DNA of 64,000 nucleotides from Acutalibacteraceae bacterium (GCA_045121655.1 JBGVGM010000044.1:2825-66824); one strand, 5' to 3'; shown: positions 1 to 9,597, counted from the stretch's first letter. Notes: generated by a model from the sequence alone, not told the origin. Numbers and translations are program-made.

Positions 1-726
1 ACGGTAATCCTCATTTATGCTGAGACTCAGAGCAAGCGACACACCAACCGTAACAGCACCCGAAACGCCTTTATAAGCACCCGTAAAAAGTATCAGCAGA
101 AAGCAGAGAATTCTTACCGGTGAAAGGCCCTCAACGTCAAAGCCTGAAGCACACATTATAAATACGCAGAAGCTGCCTCCGAAATAAAGGCTTTCCTTTA
201 CTGAAAGCTCGCTTAAGCCCATCTGAATAAATGGCGTTTTAAAGCATTTGCAAAAAAGCAGCGTGCAAGCAAAAGCAACCGCACTTTCGCTTATTATGTA
301 CATAAAGCCTGTCAGCTCACCCTCAAGAACAAAGCTTTGCACCAATGCACTGAGAAAGCAGGCAAAGAAGGAAAACACAGCGTTAAGGTATTCCTTCTGT
401 AGTTTCGGAAAGTATCTTCCTTTGATTATCCTCAGCACACATACTGCAAAAAGTGCCGCCGTACATTTTACGGCACTTCTCACATTAAGCGAAGTGAAAG
501 CCCCGAGAGCTCCTCCCACAAAAGCAGAAAAGCAGTATTCAAACGGTATTGCACCCACAAAGGCTACAGAAAACGGTGACATACCGTAAAGAAAATCAGG
601 CTGAGAAAAAAGGAAACCGCACAGTGCGTAAAGTCCTATTTTTCCCCATTTCTGAAAGCCGCTTTTCTCTTCGTAAATTTCCTCTTCCTCTGTTATGACT
701 GCTTCAATTCCGGCTGTTTTTTTCAT
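1..726 (-). CDS. Polytopic membrane protein, N-terminal 242 codons only (gene continues past the left edge). Weak resemblance to a SpoIIE-type N-terminal membrane domain.
   Basis: Hand translation from ATG 726-724 (MKKTAGIEAVITEEEEIYEEKSGFQKWGKIGLYALCGFLFSQPDFLYGMSPFSVAFVGAIPF...). I checked all 242 codons to position 1 and found no stop. A GGGGGA RBS-like motif lies upstream and there are multiple hydrophobic segments. The + ORF 248..589 is its antisense shadow. Confidence 0.6.
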   Translation of the reverse strand, partial: MKKTAGIEAVITEEEEIYEEKSGFQKWGKIGLYALCGFLFSQPDFLYGMSPFSVAFVGAIPFEYCFSAFVGGALGAFTSLNVRSAVKCTAALFAVCVLRIIKGRYFPKLQKEYLNAVFSFFACFLSALVQSFVLEGELTGFMYIISESAVAFACTLLFCKCFKTPFIQMGLSELSVKESLYFGGSFCVFIMCASGFDVEGLSPVRILCFLLILFTGAYKGVSGAVTVGVSLALSLSINEDYR

Positions 727-863
727 AAAAAGTCCCCCTTTTTACCATTCTGACACCTTATTATAAGTCAGGTAAAAGGAGAATTTTGGCGAAACACAAA
801 CGCAGAACATAAAAAAACAAGCACTCCGAAACAACCTTTCAGAGTGCTTATATCATTTGAAAT

Positions 864-1586
864 TTACGCCTTTTTAGCTGTGATTTTCTTTTCAAAAATT
901 GTATAGAGCTTCACACCGATAAGACCGAGCACTGCCGTTCCCACAAATACACCGACGGAAAGCAGATAATTCTTTTCGCCAAGTGCGGCACCGCAAATTG
1001 TTGAGGTGATAATGGACGGAATACGTGCAATACCCGTAAGAAGCAGAAACTTCCAGATGTTGTAATCGGTGACGCCGATCAGGTATGTGATTACATCTTT
1101 CGGTGTGCCGGGTATAAGGTAAATTATAAAGAGGGAAACGGAAAGCTTTTCTTTATTCTGAAGAAAACCGAGAGAGTTGATTTTCTCTTCGCTTACAAAA
1201 AGATTTACCGCCTTCATTCCGAAAATCTTTGTTATTGCAACAATTATAAATGAACCGATTTCCGTACCCAACATACAGTAAAGAAATCCGCCCCATACAC
1301 CGAAGGCATAGCCTGAACCGATTTCCAAAGGCTCCGCCGGAATAATTTTCACAACTGTCTGGAATGCTCTCACAGCAACAAAAATGATTTTTCCAAGGCT
1401 ACCGTATGAGTGAAGCCACGCTTTGAAACGGTCCGCATCACTGACAAAAGCAAGAAGCTCTGAGCCGAATTTTATGTAGCAGCCAATGAATATCGCTATA
1501 AAAATACAGCTTGTTATTATAACACCTATCTGTTGTCGGCGTTCCTGCTTGTTGTCACTGAGGATTTTGATTTTTTTTGATTTCAT
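864..1586 (-). CDS. TVP38/TMEM64 (DedA-related, SNARE-associated) family membrane protein
   Basis: ORF track, 240 aa. Multi-TM with family-typical segments (KIIPAEPLEIGSGYAFG, LIPGTPKDVITYLIG). Lies 1 nt downstream of the GT8 gene. Confidence 0.8.
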   Translation of the reverse strand: MKSKKIKILSDNKQERRQQIGVIITSCIFIAIFIGCYIKFGSELLAFVSDADRFKAWLHSYGSLGKIIFVAVRAFQTVVKIIPAEPLEIGSGYAFGVWGGFLYCMLGTEIGSFIIVAITKIFGMKAVNLFVSEEKINSLGFLQNKEKLSVSLFIIYLIPGTPKDVITYLIGVTDYNIWKFLLLTGIARIPSIITSTICGAALGEKNYLLSVGVFVGTAVLGLIGVKLYTIFEKKITAKKA

Positions 1587-1587
1587 T

Positions 1588-2403
1588 TTATCCTACCTTT
1601 TTGAATGAGGGGCTCTCTGCATCTCTGAATCTGAAATACAAAGGTGCCAGAATTCCCTTGTAGCCTTCCTTCCAGGGCTTGTATTTTCCGTTGAAATGAA
1701 CAATAACTGCGTTATCTTCAACCCACTTAAGGTCTCTTACTCTTCTGCGGTTGAATCTTACTGTCTTTTCGTCAAGATTATAAATGCATTCGTCTATATT
1801 TATGGTATCTTTGCCCAGCATTCCGTTCAGTACATCCTGATCTGCAAGGAAAAGCCATTTCTGATTCTTTCTGATGTAATCGAACACCATTTCGCTAGTG
1901 ATGTTCTTCCTGAGCTTTTCAAGGTTTACCATAAGCACGCCTGCGTTGAAGTATCTTACACCCTTTGGATTGTTAAATCTGATACGGTTTATACCCTCAA
2001 CCCAGAGCTTTACGTGACCTGCCGCCGCAAGAGTCTTACCCTTAAAATCGATGTTATAAAGAGGAGAAATGTCTCTGAGAATAACTATATCCGGGTCAAT
2101 GTATAAAACTCGGTCCACGCTTTCAGGGAGATAATCCATCATAAGAAGTCTGTAGTAGGTTTCCTTTGATATTCTTTTGAGAACAGGTGCGTGTTCAAGT
2201 ATACCAGGTGAAACGGTTACTGAATGAACTCTTGTCCTCTGAGGGTCGGTTGCTCTTCTTATTTTTATAAAATCCTCTTCGGTAAGGGATGAATGTGCAA
2301 CGTAAAGGTCGAAACTATTATTGGGATTGGTTATCATAAGTGACTTCAGCAGCACAGTAAGAGGACCTACGTAGTTACTGTCAAGTGTTACAAGTATATT
2401 CAT
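1588..2403 (-). CDS. Glycosyltransferase family 8
   Basis: ORF track, 271 aa. GT8 motifs are present: YIDPDIV (DxD-type), YFNAGVLMVNLEKLR, DQDVLN. Confidence 0.85.
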   Translation of the reverse strand: MNILVTLDSNYVGPLTVLLKSLMITNPNNSFDLYVAHSSLTEEDFIKIRRATDPQRTRVHSVTVSPGILEHAPVLKRISKETYYRLLMMDYLPESVDRVLYIDPDIVILRDISPLYNIDFKGKTLAAAGHVKLWVEGINRIRFNNPKGVRYFNAGVLMVNLEKLRKNITSEMVFDYIRKNQKWLFLADQDVLNGMLGKDTINIDECIYNLDEKTVRFNRRRVRDLKWVEDNAVIVHFNGKYKPWKEGYKGILAPLYFRFRDAESPSFKKVG

Positions 2404-2595
2404 TTTCTTACCTCCTTCGGGTTAATGTTCACGGTATACAAATAATACCTCGTATTTTTATATAAATCAATGGGTCTTATGAATTTGTAAGAATATCGTA
2501 ATTTTCATTTTAAAATTACTTCATTCTTTCGCTTTTTTCTTACAGAAATGCAAGTTTATTTTCTTTTAAGCTATTAAATCTCACTGTTTTATTTC

Positions 2596-2883
2596 TTACT
2601 CAAAATCAAATTCGTCCTCGTTTTTCATTCTGAACACTTCAAAAACACCGTCAAGCACCTTATCGTCGGTCATGCGGACATAAACCTCTTTGCCGTTTAC
2701 GTGCATAATTCTGAAAATATCCACATATCCGTCGCCATTTTCAGGCTCAATTATAACGTATTCGTTCTTTTGGTAAAGCACAATGTCAAGAAACTCGCCC
2801 TTGCACTCCGCTCCGTCAGTGTCCTTGAATTTCACCGTAAAATCCAGCTCGTCATCATTGAGCTGATTGAGAAGCTCGCTCAT
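2596..2883 (-). CDS. DUF1292 (UPF0473) family small acidic protein
   Basis: ORF track, 98 aa. I moved the start to the ATG (MSELLNQL...) 8 nt downstream of AAGGAG; the track start is an upstream GTG. Typical acidic DUF1292 pattern (EFLDIV..YVIIEPE). Confidence 0.75.
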   Translation of the reverse strand: MSELLNQLNDDELDFTVKFKDTDGAECKGEFLDIVLYQKNEYVIIEPENGDGYVDIFRIMHVNGKEVYVRMTDDKVLDGVFEVFRMKNEDEFDFE

Positions 2884-2888
2884 AAAAA

Positions 2889-3287
2889 TCACTCCTTATT
2901 ACCCATTTCAAAGCGATAAATTTCCTGCTTTTCAATATCCACATTTTTCACCATAATGGGCGGTACTCCTGCGTTTGCCGAAATTGTTGTGATAAGCGCC
3001 TTTGCAAAAGGGAAAAGCTCCTTGAAGGTGTCTACGTGCACAAACTCCTTTTCAACGCCCGGAGTTACAGCAAACACACCGTTAACCGTAACCTTTACAT
3101 TGAGCACATCAAAATTTTCCTTGTCAAAAACCTCAACGGTCATAACAGCTTCGCAAATACCGTTCTGACTGTATTTTACGTTGTGGGACACCTTGTTATT
3201 CAGCTTCAGCTGAACCTTTCCCTGAACCTTGTTGTTAAATTTAATTTCACTTACCTTGTAAGCCTTCATCTCAACGGTATTAGCCAT
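2889..3287 (-). CDS. SecB-like chaperone family protein
   Basis: ORF track, 141 aa, trimmed to MANTVEM (GGAGG 8 nt upstream). The C-terminal ELFPFAKALITTISANAGVPPIMVKNVDI aligns with E. coli SecB [29 protein letters not shown]. The N-terminal beta-strand pattern is also SecB-like. Confidence 0.6.
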   Translation of the reverse strand: MANTVEMKAYKVSEIKFNNKVQGKVQLKLNNKVSHNVKYSQNGICEAVMTVEVFDKENFDVLNVKVTVNGVFAVTPGVEKEFVHVDTFKELFPFAKALITTISANAGVPPIMVKNVDIEKQEIYRFEMGNKE

Positions 3288-3882
3288 TTTTCTTTCCTCC
3301 CGGTTTCTTAACATCCATATACATCAGTATAAGTGCCTCACGAAGATAATTCTGCACTTTTACATTTGAGGGGCTTTCAGCAGGAAGTGTTGTCACCTCG
3401 AAGCCTATCTGCTTTGCAAGAAGACCTGCTCTGTAAAGATGAAGCTCACTTGAGAGAAATGCAGTTTTCTTTGTATCTGCACTTGCTTTTTCGTCAATAA
3501 TAACCTTGGCGTTAATGAAGTTTTCTTCCGTCGTTTTTGACTTATCCTCAAGAATAATACGGTTTTCGTCTATACCGCTTTTAATAAGCTCAGCACCAAT
3601 TATCTCAGCCTCGCTTTTTTCCTGGCCCTTCTGTGTAAAGCCTCCGCAGGGAATTGCAATAACCTTGGGGTTACTTTTAAGATATTCAGCTGCAGCGTCT
3701 ATTCTGCTTCTGAGAGTCGGGTCAATTGTGTTGTCCTTTACTCTGTATCCGAGAATCATAAGGTAGTCGGGTGTTTCCTTTGTGTTCCCCGTTGCCCCCT
3801 TGATAACGAGACAAACGTTTTTTGTAAGCCAACTGAAAAGCACAAATAAAGTTGCAACAACTGCTATCTTTAAAACGAGCAT
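3280..3882 (-). CDS. DUF218 (YdcF/ElyC/SanA-like) domain membrane-anchored protein
   Basis: ORF track, 200 aa. N-terminal TM, then a DUF218 core (YLMILGYRV, RIDAAAEYLK, PCGG, SEAEIIG, IILEDKSKTTEEN). The stop overlaps the SecB-like start by 8 nt. Confidence 0.75.
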   Translation of the reverse strand: MLVLKIAVVATLFVLFSWLTKNVCLVIKGATGNTKETPDYLMILGYRVKDNTIDPTLRSRIDAAAEYLKSNPKVIAIPCGGFTQKGQEKSEAEIIGAELIKSGIDENRIILEDKSKTTEENFINAKVIIDEKASADTKKTAFLSSELHLYRAGLLAKQIGFEVTTLPAESPSNVKVQNYLREALILMYMDVKKPGGKKNG

Positions 3883-4022
3883 AAACCATCTTCCTTTAAT
3901 AAACCTTAAAATTTCAAAAAACTGTATGAGAAGTAATCATACAGAGGAATTGTACCATAAAATATATAAAAAGAAAAGATTTTTTCAAAAAATAAACTTT
4001 ACCCCTGATAAGGAGAATTTTT

Positions 4023-5846
4023 ATGTGTGGAATTGTTGGATATATCGGAAAAGAAAAAGCTGTGCCATATCTGCTTTCAGGTCTCCAAAAGCTTGAATAC
4101 CGTGGATATGATTCGGCAGGTATTGCACTTCACGGTTCAAAAGGTATAGAGGTACACAAATGCGAGGGCAGAGTCAGTGCTCTTTGTGAAAAAATCAAGG
4201 ACAAAGCTTTCAACAGTACTGTCGGAATAGGCCACACACGTTGGGCAACCCACGGCGAGGTTTCCCAAAGCAACGCCCATCCCCACGTCAGCTATAAAGG
4301 TGTTTTTGCCGTAGTTCACAACGGCATAATCGAAAACTATGCTGCGCTGAGAGATAAGCTGAAGGACGAGGGTTATCCCTTCGTTTCTGACACTGACACC
4401 GAGGTAGTCGCCCATCTTCTTGAGCGTGATTACAACGGCGATCTTATTTCTTCACTTATGAACACAGTAAAAAAGCTTGAGGGCTCTTTTGCTCTTGCCA
4501 TACTTTGCAAGGATTTACCCGACACCATAATACTCATTAAAAAGGAAAGCCCCCTTATAGTCGGGAAGAGTGCTGACGGCTTTTTTGTAGCATCTGACAC
4601 TAATGCACTTTGCGGTTTTGCTAATGAAACTATAAAGATGCACGACGGAGAAATTGCTGTTCTTACAAAGGAAAAAGCCACCTTTTATCTTCCTGACGGT
4701 CACGAGGTTTACAGAAAATTTGTGTCCGAGGATTTGTGCTGCAATGATACTGAAAAAGGCATTTTTCCCCACTTTATGCTGAAAGAAATTTTTGAACAGC
4801 CCGAAGCTGTCAGTGCCACCTTTGATTCTATCAGTGAGAAAAAAGATGAGCTTTTAAAAGAGTTTGCCTTTGCTTTTTCAAAAGAAAAATCTACTGAAAG
4901 GATTTACATTATCGGCTGCGGCTCAGCTTATCATGTGGCAGCGGCAGGTAAATATGTCTTTGAAAAGCTCACGAAAATTCCCACCGAGGCAGTTATCGCG
5001 AGTGAGTTCTGCACCGCCGATTTTCCCGTAAACAGATACAGCCTTTGCATTTTCATTTCACAAAGCGGAGAAACAGCGGACACCCATTCTGCTTTAAAAA
5101 AAGCAAAAGAAAAAGGCGCTTATATTCTCTCTGTTGTAAACGTTAAATCAAGCTCCGTCGCCTTAAAAAGCGACAAGGTTATTTACACAAAGGCGGGGCC
5201 TGAAATTGCCGTTGCAACCACAAAAGCTTACACTTCTCAGCTTACAGTGGTTTATTTTCTTGCCGTTCTTTTCGGTTATTGCAGTAAAATTTTAAACGAG
5301 GGCGACTATCAATACTACCTGAATGAGCTTTCCTGTCTTTCCGAGAAAATCCAGGGAATTCTGCACCGTAAAGACGAGCTTATCAAGATGGGAAAGCTGC
5401 TTTCCTTACAATCAAGCTTACGCTTTATCGGTAGAAATACAGATTATGCCGCAGCTATGGAGGGCGCTTTGAAAATGAAGGAAATCAGCTACATTCCCTG
5501 CGAGGCCTACCCTGCAGGCGAGCTGAAGCACGGCACAATTTCCCTCATTGAAAAAGGCTCACTGACCGTCGCTCTTTGCTGTAACGATTACGTTTTTTCA
5601 AAAACTGCAAACAGTATTGAAGAAATACGCTCAAGAGGCGGTGACATTATTACAATAACCACCGAAAAGCACGCAGAGGACCTTTCTGCTCTTCAAAGAA
5701 AAATCATTATTCCCGATACAGATGACCTTTTTGTAACTCTTCTCGAAGCTGTACCCTTACAGCTTCTAAGCTACTACACCGCAAGTGAAAAGAACTGCGA
5801 TATTGATAAACCGAGAAACCTTGCAAAATCCGTTACAGTAGAGTGA
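4023..5846 (+). CDS. glmS: Glutamine--fructose-6-phosphate aminotransferase
   Basis: ORF track, 607 aa. N-terminal MCGIVGYIG nucleophile, two SIS domains, C-terminal ...KPRNLAKSVTVE. Confidence 0.97.
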   Translation: MCGIVGYIGKEKAVPYLLSGLQKLEYRGYDSAGIALHGSKGIEVHKCEGRVSALCEKIKDKAFNSTVGIGHTRWATHGEVSQSNAHPHVSYKGVFAVVHNGIIENYAALRDKLKDEGYPFVSDTDTEVVAHLLERDYNGDLISSLMNTVKKLEGSFALAILCKDLPDTIILIKKESPLIVGKSADGFFVASDTNALCGFANETIKMHDGEIAVLTKEKATFYLPDGHEVYRKFVSEDLCCNDTEKGIFPHFMLKEIFEQPEAVSATFDSISEKKDELLKEFAFAFSKEKSTERIYIIGCGSAYHVAAAGKYVFEKLTKIPTEAVIASEFCTADFPVNRYSLCIFISQSGETADTHSALKKAKEKGAYILSVVNVKSSSVALKSDKVIYTKAGPEIAVATTKAYTSQLTVVYFLAVLFGYCSKILNEGDYQYYLNELSCLSEKIQGILHRKDELIKMGKLLSLQSSLRFIGRNTDYAAAMEGALKMKEISYIPCEAYPAGELKHGTISLIEKGSLTVALCCNDYVFSKTANSIEEIRSRGGDIITITTEKHAEDLSALQRKIIIPDTDDLFVTLLEAVPLQLLSYYTASEKNCDIDKPRNLAKSVTVE

Positions 5847-5963
5847 TTTTATAATTAAAAAAATGTAAAGACAGTTGAATTTTGAATGCAGTTAGAGTAT
5901 AATTGAGTAGAATAGGTAATTTGTTGCTATCTTACCTCAGGTTATAAACAAGGAGACTCGATT

Positions 5964-6389
5964 ATGGCTAAAAAATTCACCGTAACAGAAAACGGCTATG
6001 ACCCCATAGAGGTTGACAAGTATGTGGATATGATCCAGACAGAATACCACAATGCCGTTCAATGGGGAGAGGAAAACGAGGCAAAATACGAAAAGCTCAG
6101 AAAAGATATGGAAGAGCTTGGAGTTTATTTCACTATCGACGAGGATAACCAGAGCGAGGTTATTGAAAAGGTTTTCGGCGAGCTTAAGACAACCGTTGCA
6201 AGAATCAAGGAGGAGGCTGACAAAAAGGCAGCCGAAATCGTTGAGCAGGCAAACGAAAAAGCAAAGCTTATCGTACGTCAGGCAATGGAACATTCAGTTG
6301 AGCTGAGAACAGAAAATACAACTATTATGAAGAACCTTGAAAGCATCAACAAGATGATTTCAGTTGTTCTTGAAAAGGGTTCGTACTGA
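5964..6389 (+). CDS. DivIVA-domain protein
   Basis: ORF track, 141 aa. DivIVA N-terminal signature (GYDPIEVDKYVDMI) followed by coiled-coil-like sequence. AAGGAG RBS. Confidence 0.75.
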   Translation: MAKKFTVTENGYDPIEVDKYVDMIQTEYHNAVQWGEENEAKYEKLRKDMEELGVYFTIDEDNQSEVIEKVFGELKTTVARIKEEADKKAAEIVEQANEKAKLIVRQAMEHSVELRTENTTIMKNLESINKMISVVLEKGSY

Positions 6390-6432
6390 TTCGGTACAAA
6401 CAGAAAAATCAATGCAAAGGAAGTGATTTTAA

Positions 6433-8232
6433 ATGGCAGGATACAGACCAAAGAGCCTTAACGAGCTTAATGATATGTACGATAAAACCATCACAGCTGA
6501 AAAAGCCATCATTAAAGCCTCTCAGCAGCTCCATGATGTAACTGAAACAATTGTGCCCTCAGAAAGCGTTCAGCCTGCAGTTGAAAAACAGCAGAAAGAG
6601 GAAACAAGAGCCGTTGAAGAGCTGTCAAGCGAGGTTGACTCACTTATAAATCGCTTCAAATCGGAAATGACTGCGCCCGCAGTAAAGGCTGCAGAACCGC
6701 CTGCACCAAAAATGGCGGCAACTGCCACTGAGCCACCTAAGACAATCTCCTTTGAAAAAGATAAAAAGCCTGCAGAGGAAAGTGCGAAAGCACCTGCTCC
6801 TTCAATTCCCGCTGAGCCTGCAGTAAAAGCTAAAACCCACTACGAGCTTGAGCTTCCCGGTGAGGTTATTCAGAAGGCCGCATCAAAAAGTGACGAAAGA
6901 ACCGGGCTTTTTGATGACTATATGAAAATCATGAACGACGACGATGACGACTTTTTCTCAAAGCATGAATCCTTTAAGAAAAAGGGCAAAAAGAAAAAGT
7001 ACAAGAAGAGCCTTTTCTCCCGTCACGAGCCCAAGGAGGAAGTGGTTGAAGATACCACAGATGCAGCCGAAGAGCCTGCTGTTGAAGTTCCCGCAGCTGA
7101 AGTTCAGGAAGATGCGCTTCCAATAAGAGAAGTTATTTATTCACCTGAAGTTCCCGACGAAGACAGCGGACTTAAAATTGAATTCAGTGCGTTTTCACAA
7201 AGTTCTCCTACAGATTCTGATGAAGAGGAAGAGTTTGCTGATTTTGCTCAGCAGGATTATACTGAAGCTGAAGAGGAGCTTCCTGAAGCTTCGGGGGAAG
7301 CTGCGGAAGCTGAAAACGAAGAAAGTTCTGAAGAATACCTTGATTTTGACATTGGTGAAGAAAAAGACGATGAGCTTCCACCCGTACCTGCAGAGCTTAC
7401 AGACACCACCTACGACGAATTTATGAATTCCGACGATATTTACTCCTTCGACCCCAATAAGGCAAACACTATCCCCGGGTATGCAAAGGATTCCTATTCA
7501 CCTGAGGAAGACGAAACTGTGTATGCTGAAAACGGTGAAGAGGAGTACTATGACGAAGAAGATTCAGCTTGTTCCGAGGAGGAATATCCTGTTCCGAAGA
7601 ACAAGAAGGGTATTGTTGCAGGCAGAGTAATTCTCAGCATTGTGCTTTCACTTCTTGTACTTGTTGCTGTTGCCGTTTCAGGAATCAACCTTGTTTTAGG
7701 TGTAAACAGCGGCAGAGAGGTTTTCGGAAACAAATTCATTTTCACTGCTGAAAGTGACTACACAGGCGCAGATATACTTGACGGCGACCTTGTTATCACT
7801 GAAAACCGTTACGCAGAGGACGGCGAAGTTTTCGCCTATATCAACTACGCTCAGCAGAAATTTATGTTTGGCAAGAGAAACGGAAGTATTGTAAACGACA
7901 TTTCAGACGTGCTGTTTATTGCCGAAAACAACGGTGAACGTGTACTTGTGCTTCGTGACGATACAAGAGGTGTTGTTACCAATATCTATCCCGGCGTAGG
8001 CAAAATCGTAAGCGTATGCACAGATTATTTCATTCCGGTTATAGCCGTGATTCTCATTTTAGGTCTTGTAATTGTTCTTCTTCTTGCTTTTGTTTTCAAG
8101 GACAAGGAAAAGGCGTATAAAAAGATGATGAAGAAAATGATAAAAAAAGGTGTTATAACTGCCGACGAAGAATCAGATTACTCTTACACTGAAGAAAGTG
8201 GTACAGAGAATCTTTTCAGTTCAATAGAATAA
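6433..8232 (+). CDS. Hyperacidic low-complexity membrane protein with two TM helices flanking a small globular domain
   Basis: ORF track, 599 aa. Long D/E/P/A-rich tracts (DDDDDFF, SDEEEEFADF, EAENEESSEEY). TM helices at ILSIVLSLLVLVAVAVSGINLVL and IPVIAVILILGLVIVLLLAFVF. No family recognised. Confidence 0.7.
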   Translation: MAGYRPKSLNELNDMYDKTITAEKAIIKASQQLHDVTETIVPSESVQPAVEKQQKEETRAVEELSSEVDSLINRFKSEMTAPAVKAAEPPAPKMAATATEPPKTISFEKDKKPAEESAKAPAPSIPAEPAVKAKTHYELELPGEVIQKAASKSDERTGLFDDYMKIMNDDDDDFFSKHESFKKKGKKKKYKKSLFSRHEPKEEVVEDTTDAAEEPAVEVPAAEVQEDALPIREVIYSPEVPDEDSGLKIEFSAFSQSSPTDSDEEEEFADFAQQDYTEAEEELPEASGEAAEAENEESSEEYLDFDIGEEKDDELPPVPAELTDTTYDEFMNSDDIYSFDPNKANTIPGYAKDSYSPEEDETVYAENGEEEYYDEEDSACSEEEYPVPKNKKGIVAGRVILSIVLSLLVLVAVAVSGINLVLGVNSGREVFGNKFIFTAESDYTGADILDGDLVITENRYAEDGEVFAYINYAQQKFMFGKRNGSIVNDISDVLFIAENNGERVLVLRDDTRGVVTNIYPGVGKIVSVCTDYFIPVIAVILILGLVIVLLLAFVFKDKEKAYKKMMKKMIKKGVITADEESDYSYTEESGTENLFSSIE

Positions 8233-8242
8233 CCAGTTCATA

Positions 8243-8276
8243 GGGCAGCCGAGTTATTTGGCTGCCTTTACTTTTA
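8243..8276 (+). terminator. Rho-independent terminator after the 599-aa gene
   Basis: GGCAGCC (8244-8250) pairs with GGCTGCC (8260-8266), followed by a T-rich tract. Confidence 0.7.
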
Positions 8277-8348
8277 TACAAAGTTTGTACATATTAATAA
8301 ATAAGAGTTAATATATTTTGATTAAACAATTAAATAGTTAAACTACCT

Positions 8349-8377
8349 TTGACTTTATAGGTAATCTGTGATAGAAT
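8349..8377 (+). promoter_or_regulatory. Sigma-70-type promoter for the lipid kinase gene
   Basis: TTGACT (8349-8354), 17-nt spacer, TAGAAT (8372-8377), with TG one nt upstream (extended -10). Confidence 0.5.
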
Positions 8378-8452
8378 TGTTCTGCGAGAAGGGCTTTTGT
8401 CTTTCTTAGTAAATAAAAAAAGAAAGGGTGCGTAAGCTATAAGGTAAGCATT

Positions 8453-9532
8453 ATGGATAACGACAAGAAAAAAGTGCTTCTGATTGTGAATCCCTGTGCA
8501 GGCAGATCCAAATCAAGAGCAGGTACATTTGATATTGTAAATAAGTTTTCTAATAATGATTATAAATTTTCCGTACACACCACCACCTGTCAGGGTGACG
8601 CAACCAACATTGTAAAGCGTGAGCTCAAAGACCATGACCTTGTTGTATGCTGCGGCGGTGACGGAACACTCAATGAAACCATCAACGGCGTTATGAATAT
8701 GCCGAGACGTGTGCCTATAGGCTACATTCCTGCAGGTACAACCAACGACCTTGCAACAACTCTGGGTATTCCCACCGACATAAGCAAAGCAACTGAGCTT
8801 ATTATGAGCGGTCAGGTCAACGATTATGACCTGGGACTTTTCAACAACAGATGCTTTTGCTACGTCGCTTCCTTCGGTGCATTCAGTGCTTCCTCCTACA
8901 CAACCTCACAGAGAATGAAGAATATTTTCGGCCACTCTGCTTATGTTGTAAAGGGATTTCTTGAAACAAAGGATATTCACCCTACAAGAATGAGAGTCGA
9001 GTATGACGACGGTGTACTGGAAGATGATTTTATCTTCGGCACAATTTCAAACTCAACCTCCGTAGGCGGTTTCTTCAAATTCAGAAAAGAGGACATCAGG
9101 CTTAACGACGGTTACTTTGAGGTTCTCCTTGTCAAGAATCTTCCCTTTGTAAAGTATATTCCCGCAATAAGAAAGGTTCAGAAGCAGCAGTATGACGGAA
9201 AGGAAATCATCTTCTTCAAAACAAAGAAGCTGAAAATCCACTCCCCTCACGAATGTGTAAACTGGACAGTAGACGGTGAATTCGGCGGTGCTCACCACGA
9301 CGTTATGATTCACGTTCTTGAAAGAGCAATAGACATCTGTTCACCGGAGAATCCTCTTTTTGTAAAGCACGAGCCTAAAATTATCGACCCTGTTGAAATT
9401 GCAGCTGATAAATATGAAAAAGCTGAAAAGAAAAAGAGCTTCAAAAAAAAATCAAAAAGCGAAAAGAACGCTGAGACAGCAGAGCCTTCCGTTCAGGAAG
9501 AAGCTCTTCAGACAAATGAAGAAAACACCTAA
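8453..9532 (+). CDS. Diacylglycerol kinase family lipid kinase (YegS/DagK-like) with a K/E-rich C-terminal tail
   Basis: ORF track, 359 aa. GGDGTLNE catalytic motif and LIVNPCAGR N-terminus. About 50 aa of charged tail (KYEKAEKKKSFKKKSKSEKN...). Confidence 0.85.
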   Translation: MDNDKKKVLLIVNPCAGRSKSRAGTFDIVNKFSNNDYKFSVHTTTCQGDATNIVKRELKDHDLVVCCGGDGTLNETINGVMNMPRRVPIGYIPAGTTNDLATTLGIPTDISKATELIMSGQVNDYDLGLFNNRCFCYVASFGAFSASSYTTSQRMKNIFGHSAYVVKGFLETKDIHPTRMRVEYDDGVLEDDFIFGTISNSTSVGGFFKFRKEDIRLNDGYFEVLLVKNLPFVKYIPAIRKVQKQQYDGKEIIFFKTKKLKIHSPHECVNWTVDGEFGGAHHDVMIHVLERAIDICSPENPLFVKHEPKIIDPVEIAADKYEKAEKKKSFKKKSKSEKNAETAEPSVQEEALQTNEENT

Positions 9533-9550
9533 ACCACAACATAAAAGAAA

Positions 9551-9597
9551 AATCGGCAACAGGTATCACAGCAGCAACTGTTGCCGATTTTATATTT
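9551..9597 (+). terminator. Rho-independent terminator after the lipid kinase gene
   Basis: Perfect 12-bp stem: AATCGGCAACAG (9551-9562) with CTGTTGCCGATT (9578-9589), then a T-rich run. Confidence 0.8.

Noticed and set aside
3883-4022. Possible glmS ribozyme upstream of glmS, since it is common in Firmicutes.
   Set aside because: The 140-nt AT-rich leader is too short. It also lacks the conserved ribozyme core blocks; I found no AGCGCCAGAACT-like or GACGAGGATGG-like sequence.
5847-5963. Tn7-type insertion downstream of glmS (attTn7).
   Set aside because: The gap to the next ordinary gene is only 117 nt. There are no transposase genes or terminal repeats.
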